The notes under the pieces were generated by a model. It worked only from the letters and a program-made list of their open reading frames with translations, ran no database searches and had not been told where the DNA came from. The translations under genes and the position numbers were made by a program. DNA of 43,233 nt from Chloroflexota bacterium (GTDB lineage: Bacteria; Chloroflexota; Dormibacteria; Aeolococcales; Aeolococcaceae): contig VBGJ01000152.1 of NCBI GenBank assembly GCA_005880445.1, positions 1 through 43,233 on the forward strand. The letters are read 5' to 3'. Below are positions 18,714 through 29,158 of this stretch, piece by piece (position 1 is the first letter of the stretch; each line of letters begins with the position of its first letter).

Positions 18714-18747
18714 CCCGCGCGTCACCCTGCGCACCTACCATGCCGGT

Positions 18748-19104
18748 GTGACCGATCGCACAGCGTGGCGCCTCCAGGCGTCCGATGGAAGCGTGGTGGC
18801 TTCCAACATCGACGTAGCCGACAGCGTGTGGCGCCGTTTTGTCGGGTTGATGGGCCGTCGCGAGCTGCCCGCCGGCCACGGTCTCTGCATCCGCCCCTGC
18901 AGCAGCATCCACATGTTCTTCATGCGTTTTCCCATCGACGCCGTGTTCGTCGACGGTGACGGCAGAATCGTGCGCCTGTACGAGGCGATCCGCCCCTGGC
19001 GCGTCACGCGCATCGTCCGGCGCGCCAAGGCTGTGCTCGAGCTGCCCGCCGGGACGGCGCGGACCCATCGCCTGAATGTCGGAGACATGATCACGCTCGT
19101 CTGA
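18748..19104 (+). CDS. DUF192 domain-containing protein
   Basis: 118 aa. ...VADSVWRRFVGLMGRRELPAGHGLCIRPCSSIHMFFMRFPIDAVFVDGDGRIV...VLELPAG resembles the DUF192 (COG1430) pattern recalled from memory. Confidence 0.7.
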   Translation: MTDRTAWRLQASDGSVVASNIDVADSVWRRFVGLMGRRELPAGHGLCIRPCSSIHMFFMRFPIDAVFVDGDGRIVRLYEAIRPWRVTRIVRRAKAVLELPAGTARTHRLNVGDMITLV

Positions 19105-19120
19105 GCCGTGCGTTTTCACC

Positions 19121-19261
19121 GCGGTGGGGTGGGTCTCTCCTAGAGCAGCGAATCAGCGAGCCGCCGGTGGTCCCCGGCGGCGAGATGTAGACGCACGGGA
19201 CGCCGGCGTTAGGCGTCCCGTGACGGCGGTGAGCGGCTCAGGAGAGACCCAGCCCCGCCGC
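19121..19261. other. Structured inverted-repeat element of 141 nt (long closing stem plus two perfect internal hairpins); candidate ncRNA, leader or terminator
   Basis: Closing stem: 19121-19141 (GCGGTGGGGTGGGTCTCTCCT) pairs with 19240-19261 (AGGAGAGACCCAGCCCCGCCGC), with one bulge and one G-U. Internal hairpins: GCCGCCGG-tggtcc-CCGGCGGC, and CACGGGACGCC-ggcgtta-GGCGTCCCGTG (11 bp). Confidence 0.5.
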
Positions 19262-19262
19262 G

Positions 19263-19943
19263 ATGCGCATCGTCCTCCCGCGGTCCGGTGCGTCGTGCGA
19301 CTTACATGGCATGGTCGCGACCCTAGGGCGGCTGTTTCTCGACGCGGTGGCGCCGCGGCGCTGCGCGGGTTGCGACGCAGTCAGCGAAGAGCCCATCTGC
19401 GGGCTCTGCCACGAGGTGCTGCAGACAGGGCCAACGCCGGCGCCCTGGCGCCTTCCGACGGTTGTCGCCTTCGCCGCATTCGAGTTCGACGGCGTGGTGC
19501 GCGAGGTCCTGCATCGAGGCAAGTTCCAGGGCGATCGAGCCGCGCTCGAGGCGCTCTCGCGCCTGGCGTGCCCGCGCCTCGGCCGCGTGCCTCGGCCCGA
19601 TGCCGTGCTGGCCGTCCCGCTGGGTCGCCGCCGCCGTCGCCAGCGTGGCTACAACCAGGCAGAGGTGATCGCGGCCGTGCTCGCCGAGGCGGAGCACGTC
19701 CCGCTCCTGGACGGATTGGTGCGATGCCGCGAGACCGCGCCCCAGGCGAAGCGCGACGAGGCGGCCCGCCTGGCGAACATCGCGGGCGCGTTTGCGTGGC
19801 ATGGCGTGCCGCTGGGCTCGGCCGGCGTGTGGCTGGTCGACGACGTGCTCACGACCGGTGCCACGGCCATGGCCGCCGCCACTGTGCTGGCGGAAGCCGG
19901 AGCCCGTCGGGTCACCGCCGTCGTGCTCGCGCGAGTTCTGTGA
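19263..19943 (+). CDS. comFC: ComF family protein (phosphoribosyltransferase domain)
   Basis: N-terminal Cys pairs RRCAGCDAVSEEPICGLCHEV, then RGYNQAEVIA, and the PRTase motif VWLVDDVLTTGATAMAAA. The start may be the ATG at 19308 (MVATLGRLF...). Confidence 0.85.
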   Translation: MRIVLPRSGASCDLHGMVATLGRLFLDAVAPRRCAGCDAVSEEPICGLCHEVLQTGPTPAPWRLPTVVAFAAFEFDGVVREVLHRGKFQGDRAALEALSRLACPRLGRVPRPDAVLAVPLGRRRRRQRGYNQAEVIAAVLAEAEHVPLLDGLVRCRETAPQAKRDEAARLANIAGAFAWHGVPLGSAGVWLVDDVLTTGATAMAAATVLAEAGARRVTAVVLARVL

Positions 19944-19983
19944 TCGGTTTCGGATCACTCGCCCGGACGTATCATCAGGAGCG

Positions 19984-20385
19984 ATGAACCCGGAGCAGCG
20001 GCCGGGCGCGGGGCGAGCCGCGGCGCAGCCTCAGCGCGTCAGCATCACCATGCGGCAGTCGCTTCCGGAAGGCATGGAACGCTACGCGCGCCAGAAGCTG
20101 CAGCGTCTCGAGAGGCACGTGAACCTGCACGACGTGAGCTTGATCATCGACCACGACATCCACAGCCACCGGCTGAGCCGCGTCGACGTGGTCGCCCATC
20201 TGCACCACGTGCGCATCGCGGCCCACGCCGAGGCCCTCGCACTTCCCGAGGCGATCGATCGCGCCATCGATCGTGCCGACCGTCAGGTGCTGCAGCGCCG
20301 CGACCGCGTCACGGGGCGCAAGGGGCGAGTTGGCGCCGACGGGGTCAGCGAGGGCGCTCACGGCCCGGCCGTTCCCCCATCGTAG
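19984..20385 (+). CDS. hpf: Ribosome hibernation-promoting factor / RaiA family (S30AE)
   Basis: ATG at 19984 preceded by [45 protein letters not shown]...[29 protein letters not shown] fits the HPF/YfiA fold pattern. The comFC-hpf-secA-prfB neighbourhood is also known from Bacillus. The ORF-track start at 19792 lies inside comFC. Confidence 0.85.
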   Translation: MNPEQRPGAGRAAAQPQRVSITMRQSLPEGMERYARQKLQRLERHVNLHDVSLIIDHDIHSHRLSRVDVVAHLHHVRIAAHAEALALPEAIDRAIDRADRQVLQRRDRVTGRKGRVGADGVSEGAHGPAVPPS

Positions 20386-20425
20386 GCGGAATCCGCGCCC
20401 CGGCCCTGAGAGAATGGGAGGGCTG

Positions 20426-23347
<2,922 letters not shown>

Positions 23348-23363
23348 GCTAAGTTGCCCTGGT

Positions 23364-23495
23364 GCGGAAGGCGGGATACGCCGCTTGCGGTACGCGGTCG
23401 GCGACGCCAGTCGGCGTCGCTCGCCGCTCGACCCTCGGCCCGAGGGACCACTCGGGCCTGCGGGACGCCCGCTAGCGGCGTATCCCGCCCTCCGC
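23364..23495. other. Structured inverted-repeat element of 132 nt between convergent secA and a VOC-family gene (27-nt arms plus two perfect internal hairpins); candidate bidirectional terminator or ncRNA
   Basis: Arms 23364-23390 (GCGGAAGGCGGGATACGCCGCTTGCGG) and 23469-23495 (CCGCTAGCGGCGTATCCCGCCCTCCGC) are complementary at 25 of 27 positions. Internal hairpins: GCGACGCC-agtc-GGCGTCGC (23401-23420) and GGCCCGAG-ggacca-CTCGGGCC (23437-23458). There is no U-tract. Confidence 0.5.
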
Positions 23496-23508
23496 TCTGA
23501 CCCGCCTC

Positions 23509-23871
23509 TTAGCGCAGCGCTGTCGGGTGCTTGGGTTCGTACAACGTCAGCGTGCTGCCGTCGGGTAGCGCCATGTCGGTAGCTAGACCAAATCGCCGAT
23601 CCGAGATATCTCCGGCGAATTCGACGCCCTTCTCGCGGAGGCTTGCGACGGTAGCGTGGATGTCGTCGCACATGAGAAACAGCTCATGATGCCCCGCTCC
23701 ATCGATCGGATGCACCGCTACCTCCGCGGGTGGCAGCGCGAAGATCAGCCATCCACCCCCCGCGTCCACTGACGGAAGCTCGAGCACGTCGCGAAAGAAC
23801 GCGCGCATCTGGTCGGGTTCGCTCGAGTAGATCAACGCGTGAACACCGCTGATTCCGGTCATGCGTCGCAC
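23509..23871 (-). CDS. VOC (glyoxalase/bleomycin-resistance/dioxygenase) family protein
   Basis: 120 aa. GVHALIYSSEPDQMRAFFRDVLELPSVDAGGGWLIFALPPAEVAVHP...HHELFLMCDDIHATVASLREKGVEF...LALPDGSTLTLYEP is a typical small VOC-fold pattern. Confidence 0.8.
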   Translation of the reverse strand: MRRMTGISGVHALIYSSEPDQMRAFFRDVLELPSVDAGGGWLIFALPPAEVAVHPIDGAGHHELFLMCDDIHATVASLREKGVEFAGDISDRRFGLATDMALPDGSTLTLYEPKHPTALR

Positions 23872-23883
23872 CTCATGGAGCTG

Positions 23884-24837
23884 CTACCGCAGCCGCAGAA
23901 TCGTGACGTTGCGCCGGTACTCGTCGAGCGTGCGCGCGTCCATATACGACATCGAATTGCGCAGGCCGGCAAGGTATCGCTCCTCGCCGGCGAACTCCTG
24001 CTGGACGGAGAACGACGCGGCGCCGCGCATGATCTTGTGCTTCTTGCCGTCGATGACGATGACCCTCCCCGGCGCCTCACGCGTGCCGGCGAGCGCCGAC
24101 CCCACCATGACGCAGTCCGCGCCCAGCGCCAGGAGCTTGCACATGTCGGCCGGGTGGCGGATGCCGCTGTCCCCGATGATCAGCGCACGGCGGCGAACGC
24201 TGGCAGCCTCGGCCACCGCGTACGGCGTGGGCGCGAAGACTCCCGTCTCGTTGCGCGTCTCGCACACAGAGCCACCAGCGATCCCCACTCGGATCGCATC
24301 GACGCCGAGCTCCTCGAGCCAGCGAAACGTCTCACCACTCGCGACGTTGCCGCCGACGATGAAGACATCCTGGTTGCGGCCGCGAATCCACTCGACCGCC
24401 TCAGCCACCTGGACGTGCGCGCCGTTGGCGGTGTCGATGCACACGATGCGACAGCCCGCGTCGACCAGGCGATCGAAGCGCTCTTGGTAATCGCCGGTCA
24501 CGCCGATCGCGGCGCCGACGGGCCCACCGGCGGCGGTGACCGCGCGCAGCTGCCGCAGCTCCGCGTCGACCGTCTGGAAGCGGTGCAGGATGCCGAGCGC
24601 TCCCTCCTGAGCGAGCGCCAGACACATCTCCACGCCGCACACGTCCGGCATCGGCGAGCCGAGGAGGGGAACCTGCAGGTCCGCCGCACCGACGGTGACG
24701 TGCGGATCGGCGTCGGAGCGGTGCGCGAGCGTCGAGGCCACGCGTGGTACCAGGGTGACGTCGTCGTAGTCGAACGCGCGCGGCTCCACGCCGGGCTCCG
24801 CCGCCGGCGCCAGTCTGCCAATCAGTGGTTGGGCCAC
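23884..24837 (-). CDS. IMPDH/GMP-reductase family protein (GMP reductase-like, no CBS insert)
   Basis: FDYDDVTLVPR..., LGILHRF..., IVCIDTANGAH..., IVGGNVAS..., RVGIAGGSVCETR (catalytic Cys loop), LIIGDSGIRHPADMCKLLALGADCVMVGS. 317 aa, similar in layout to Bacillus-type GuaC. Confidence 0.8.
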   Translation of the reverse strand: MAQPLIGRLAPAAEPGVEPRAFDYDDVTLVPRVASTLAHRSDADPHVTVGAADLQVPLLGSPMPDVCGVEMCLALAQEGALGILHRFQTVDAELRQLRAVTAAGGPVGAAIGVTGDYQERFDRLVDAGCRIVCIDTANGAHVQVAEAVEWIRGRNQDVFIVGGNVASGETFRWLEELGVDAIRVGIAGGSVCETRNETGVFAPTPYAVAEAASVRRRALIIGDSGIRHPADMCKLLALGADCVMVGSALAGTREAPGRVIVIDGKKHKIMRGAASFSVQQEFAGEERYLAGLRNSMSYMDARTLDEYRRNVTILRLR

Positions 24838-24902
24838 GGCCGGATACTACGTGAACGCGCCGCGTGGTTTAGCCGTGCCGACGATCGCATAGACTGCTGG
24901 GC

Positions 24903-26052
24903 ATGAGTGAGCTCGCCGACCGCGCCGACGACGTCGCCCGCCGCATCGCCGCGATGCGGGGGCATCTTTGACCTGGACGGCAAACGCTCACGCCTGGTCG
25001 AGCTCGAACGGCTCACCGCTGATCCCGCGCTGTGGGATGACTCGCGCCGCGCGGCCTCGCTGACGCAGGAGGCGGCGCGACTCCGCGACGAGATCGCCGC
25101 CTGGGAATCGTTGACGCGCCGCGCCGGCGACGCCGCTGAGCTCGCCCGACTCATCGACGAAGAGCCGGACGAAGCGATGAGCGGCGACCTGGGGTCCGAG
25201 CTCGCGACGCTGCAACGCGACGTTGCGGAACGAGAGGTCGATCTCCTGTACGGCGATCCCTACACGGATCACGCGGCGCTGCTCGGCATCCATGCCGGCG
25301 CAGGGGGCACCGACTCGCAGGACTGGGCTGAGATGCTGCTGCGCATGTACCTCCGCTGGGCCGAGGCGCATCGCTACAGCGTCGACTTCCTCGAGGAGTC
25401 GGTGGGTGAGGAAGCGGGCATCAAATCGGCGACGGTGCGTATCGCCGGGCCGCGCACATATGGACGGCTGAAGGCAGAACGTGGCGTGCACCGGCTCGTT
25501 CGTCTGAGCCCGTTCGACTCCGCACACCGCAGGCACACGTCGTTCGCACTGGTCGAGGTCACGCCCGAGGTCGAGGACGATGTCAACGTCGAGATCGATC
25601 CTGACGACGTGCGAACCGACGTCTTCCGTTCCAGCGGCGCCGGTGGGCAGCACGTCAACAAGACGTCCTCCGCGGTGCGCCTGACGCACATGCCCACGGG
25701 GATCGTCGTCACGTGCCAGAACGAACGCTCACAGCAGCAGAACCGCGACATGGCGTGGCGCGTGCTTCGCTCGCGCCTGCTCGCGGTGCAGCAGGCCGCG
25801 CACGCTCAGCGTGTGGCCGACCTCAAGGGCGAGTCGCTACCGGCGGAGTGGGGCAGTCAGATCCGGTCGTACGTCCTCCACCCGTACACGATGGTCAAGG
25901 ACCACCGCACCGGGCTGGAGGTCGGCAACGCGCAGGCCGTGCTCGACGGCGGCATCGATCCCTTCATCGATGCGTACCTCAGCTGGGCAGCCGGCGAGGG
26001 CCGGGAGGCGGCGCCGGCCGTCACCCAGGCGTCACACGGGCCCTCGGTGTAA
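24903..26052 (+). CDS. prfB: Peptide chain release factor 2; two frames joined by the programmed +1 frameshift (24903..24968 then 24970..26052)
   Basis: ORF0 is MSELADRADDVARRIAAMRGHL followed by TGA. After a +1 shift on CTT TGA C the frame continues DLDGKRSRLVELERL...SPFDSAHRRHTSFA (SPF motif)...SGAGGQHVNKTSSAVRLTH (GGQ motif). Confidence 0.96.
24957..24972 (+). promoter_or_regulatory. RF2 autoregulatory +1 frameshift site (internal SD-like GGGGG, then CAT CTT TGA C)
   Basis: The sequence CGG GGG CAT CTT TGA CC (24957-24973) parallels the E. coli site AGG GGG TAT CTT TGA C. Confidence 0.93.
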
Positions 26053-26321
26053 GCCCGCCGGGAGCGTCAAATGGCTCAGGCGGATCACGGAAGTCACCGA
26101 TCTGTAAAAGTGCCGGGGCATGGCGCCGAGGCCGGTCTATACTCGGCCGAGTTCCAGCAACGGTCCTCGATGCGTCCCCGCTGATCGTCACGGCGAACCG
26201 GGCTGGAGATTCTCCGGCCGCTTCCGGCGGGTGGCGCGGATGTCGGTGATGCCGGTCCAGGAATCCCGAGTGTGATCCACACGCAGTCACTGGCGAAAGC
26301 CCGCGACGAGGGGGGAGGCGA

Positions 26322-27077
26322 ATGAGCGTGGCCGTTGCCGAGCGCCCTGAGGTCGCCATGCAGCTGAACCTGCGTCCGGTCATCTCGTTTCACGGCGTGA
26401 GCAAGGTGTACCCCACGGGCACCGTGGCGCTCCGCGACGTGGAGCTCGCGGTTCTCCAGGGTGACTTCTGCTTCCTGGTCGGCGCCAGCGGCGCCGGGAA
26501 GTCGACCCTCGTGCGGCTGCTCATCCGCGAAGAGGTCGCGTCGACGGGTCGCATCTTCGTCGACGGTCAGGAGATCACCCGCATGGCGCGGCGCAGGCTG
26601 CCGAAGCTACGCCGCAAGTTCGGCATCGTGTTCCAGGACTACAAGCTGCTGTCCAAGCGAACCGTCGCGCAGAACGTCGCGTTCGCGCTGCAGGTGACAC
26701 GGCCCGGCCAGCGCCATCTTCGTGAGAAGGTGGAGGAGGTCCTCTGGATCGTCGGGCTCGAGGACAAGGTCGACAAATACCCGGACGAGCTCAGCGGTGG
26801 CGAGCAGCAGCGTGTTGCCATCGCTCGGGCGCTGGTGCACCGCCCGCGCATCTTCGTCGCCGACGAGCCCACCGGCAACCTGGACCCCGATACGTCGTGG
26901 GGCATCGTGCAGCTCCTCTTGCAGATCAACCATCGTGGCACCACGGTGCTCATGGCAACGCACAACCGCGAGGTGGTCGACCTCGTGCGCCGCCGCGTGA
27001 TCGCAATCGAGGGCGGACGGGTGATCCGCGACGAGGCGCAGGGCAGCTACCTACGCCCGGGTGAAGCCACGCTGTGA
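26322..27077 (+). CDS. ftsE: Cell-division ABC transporter ATP-binding protein FtsE
   Basis: Walker A GASGAGKST, signature LSGGEQQRVAIARAL, Walker B IFVADEPTGNLD. RBS GGGGGGAGG upstream. Followed by ftsX with a GTGA overlap. Confidence 0.93.
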   Translation: MSVAVAERPEVAMQLNLRPVISFHGVSKVYPTGTVALRDVELAVLQGDFCFLVGASGAGKSTLVRLLIREEVASTGRIFVDGQEITRMARRRLPKLRRKFGIVFQDYKLLSKRTVAQNVAFALQVTRPGQRHLREKVEEVLWIVGLEDKVDKYPDELSGGEQQRVAIARALVHRPRIFVADEPTGNLDPDTSWGIVQLLLQINHRGTTVLMATHNREVVDLVRRRVIAIEGGRVIRDEAQGSYLRPGEATL

Positions 27078-27967
27078 GACGGATCCTCGCAGCGCTCTGG
27101 TTCTCCATCAAGAGCGCGGGACAGAACTTCCGGCGCAACCTCGGCGTCTCGCTTGCGGGCGTCTTCACCATGGGTCTCATCCTGTTTCTGGTGGGCGGCG
27201 CGCTGCTCTTCACGCACTCCGTCAACAGCATCTTGCAGGCCCAGCAAGCCAACGCCAGCAAGATCAAGATCTACCTGTCCGACAGCGCGTCGCTGGCGTC
27301 GATTGCCGACTTTCAGACGCGCCTGCAGCACGATCCGCGCGTCATCTCCGTGTCGTTCGAAAGCAAAGACCAGGCCGCCAAGGAGGCATCGCAAGACCCG
27401 GACATCCAGCAGGCGCTCAGCACCCTGGGAAGCAACCCGTTGCCGGCATCGCTGAACCTCGACATCAAGCAGCTCACCGATCTGGCGCGGTTCGATCAAA
27501 TGGCGAAGAGCACACCCATCGCTGACAAGACCACCGCCACCGACTACAACCCGGATGTCATCAACAAGCTGCACACGGTGATCAACATCATCGAAGTGGT
27601 GGGCGGGGTGATCGCGCTGATTCTCTTCGTCATCAGCCTCGTCATCATCATGAACACCATCCGGACCGCCGTCTACGCGCGCCGCACCGAGATCGAGATC
27701 ATGAAGCTGGTCGGCGCCACCGACTGGTTCGTGCGCTGGCCCTTCATCCTGGAGGGCATCATCGGAGGTGTGCTTGCCGCCGTGTTCTCAGGCGGCGTAG
27801 TGTTCGCCGGCTACCACGTCTTCGTGCAAGCGGCGCAGCGCAGCCTGCTAAGTCTGCCGTTCGACGGTTCGTACACCGTCACGCTCCTCATCCTGCTCGT
27901 GGTTGGTGGCGTGTGCGTGGGCGCGCTGGGCAGCTACATGGGAGTGCGACGATTCCTCAGCGTGTAA
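27074..27967 (+). CDS. ftsX: Cell-division ABC transporter permease FtsX
   Basis: N-terminal TM (LAGVFTMGLILFLVGGALLF), an extracytoplasmic domain of about 100 aa, three C-terminal TMs with ...MKLVGATDWFVRWPFILEGIIGG. Confidence 0.92.
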   Translation: MRRILAALWFSIKSAGQNFRRNLGVSLAGVFTMGLILFLVGGALLFTHSVNSILQAQQANASKIKIYLSDSASLASIADFQTRLQHDPRVISVSFESKDQAAKEASQDPDIQQALSTLGSNPLPASLNLDIKQLTDLARFDQMAKSTPIADKTTATDYNPDVINKLHTVINIIEVVGGVIALILFVISLVIIMNTIRTAVYARRTEIEIMKLVGATDWFVRWPFILEGIIGGVLAAVFSGGVVFAGYHVFVQAAQRSLLSLPFDGSYTVTLLILLVVGGVCVGALGSYMGVRRFLSV

Positions 27968-27972
27968 AGCTG

Positions 27973-29139
27973 GTGAAAGCCGCGGTGGCACTTGTCATCG
28001 CCGCGGTGCTCGTCGGTATCGCCCCTGGCGTGTCCGCGGACCAGTACACCGACCAGATCAAGGCCGCCAAGCACAAGCAGGCGCAAGTCGACCAGGAGAT
28101 AGCGAGTCTCCGAGCGCAGATCGCGGCTGCCAAGAATCAAGAGGCGCAGCTGCGCGCGATCATCGGCGCGCTCGACACGCAGATAGCGGCCACAGAGGCG
28201 CAGGTCGCCGCCGCGCAGGTGCAGCTGCAACAGATCGAGGCCGATCTGACCGCGGCACAAGGGCGACTCGTGACGGCGCAGAACCAGCTTGCGGCGGAAA
28301 AGCGGCAGCTGAGTCGAGAGCTGGTCGTCATCTATGAGTTGCAGCAGCAGTCGACGCCGATCAGGAACCTGCTCAAATCCGGCAACTTCAATGACTTCTG
28401 GACCCAGCTGATCGATAGCCGCAGGATCAGCGCCGTCGAGCTCCGCACCGTCTACCAGATACAGGCGAAAGAGGACGAGATCCACGGCATCATCAGTCAG
28501 ATCTCAACGGAGAAGGAACAGCAAGCTGCCGTGGTCGATCAGCTGCAGACCACGCAGAACCAACTGACCCAGCAGCGCGCAGCCCAGCAGACGGCGCTCA
28601 ACGACCTGGCTGCGCTGCAGGCGAAGGACGAGCAGCTGGCGCAGCAGTGGACCGCGGTGGAGAACCAGATCAACGCGCAGATCGCCCACCTCCAGGCGGA
28701 GGAGGCGGCGGCCCTCGCGGCGGGCGGCGGCCACGGTCGCTTCGTCTGGCCCGACTCTGGGCCGATCTCGCAGGGCTTCGGCTGCACTCCGTTTGCATTC
28801 GAAGCGTACGATCCGCACTGTCCGTCGCGGCACTTCCACAACGGCATCGACATCGCAGGACCGTGCGGGAACAACATCGTTGCCGCCGACTCGGGCATCG
28901 CGTACCTGCAGCCGTACGACCCGTACGGCTTCGGCAACTACATCATCATGGTGCACGGCAACGGCTGGGAGACCTTGTACGGTCACATGGACGGCTTCGC
29001 GGTCGGCAACGGGCAGATCGTGACGCGAGGACAGCAGATCGGCTGGGAAGGATCCTCGGGTAACTCCACCGGTTGTCACCTCCACTTCTCGGTGAACCAC
29101 AACAACCAGTGGGTCAACCCACTCAGCTACCTGTCGTAG
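27973..29139 (+). CDS. Secreted coiled-coil M23 (LytM) family metallopeptidase
   Basis: Signal-like N-terminus (V)KAAVALVIAAVLVGIAPGVSA-DQ from the GTG at 27973 (ORF-track start 27913 overlaps ftsX). About 230 aa are Gln/Ala-rich heptad-like sequence. The C-terminal M23 domain has HNGID (HxxxD) and CHLHF (HxH). Confidence 0.88.
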   Translation: MKAAVALVIAAVLVGIAPGVSADQYTDQIKAAKHKQAQVDQEIASLRAQIAAAKNQEAQLRAIIGALDTQIAATEAQVAAAQVQLQQIEADLTAAQGRLVTAQNQLAAEKRQLSRELVVIYELQQQSTPIRNLLKSGNFNDFWTQLIDSRRISAVELRTVYQIQAKEDEIHGIISQISTEKEQQAAVVDQLQTTQNQLTQQRAAQQTALNDLAALQAKDEQLAQQWTAVENQINAQIAHLQAEEAAALAAGGGHGRFVWPDSGPISQGFGCTPFAFEAYDPHCPSRHFHNGIDIAGPCGNNIVAADSGIAYLQPYDPYGFGNYIIMVHGNGWETLYGHMDGFAVGNGQIVTRGQQIGWEGSSGNSTGCHLHFSVNHNNQWVNPLSYLS

Positions 29140-29158
29140 CGGTACGCGCGTCCGGCGC

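Noticed and set aside
19944-19983. The expectation of a raiA-motif ncRNA between comFC and hpf.
   Set aside because: The spacer is only 40 nt, far too short for that RNA. The nearby structured element upstream of comFC is reported separately as an open question.
19124-19987. A 287-aa + strand ORF spanning the structured element and all of comFC in another frame.
   Set aside because: It is extremely Arg-rich (RRRGARGPASRQVPGRSSRARG...). The overlapping frame encodes a clear ComF/PRTase protein.
24969-24971. An in-frame TGA early in prfB that could be read as a pseudogene-causing nonsense codon.
   Set aside because: It is the canonical RF2 autoregulatory CTT TGA C frameshift site with an upstream SD-like GGGGG. 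Both frames align to RF2.
26053-26321. A 269-nt prfB-ftsE spacer with small palindromes (CTCGGCCGAG, GGAGATTCTCC) and a TATACT hexamer.
   Set aside because: It has no convincing -35/-10 pair, no extended conserved-looking structure and no credible small ORF. It is probably an ordinary promoter-containing spacer, and nothing specific can be supported.
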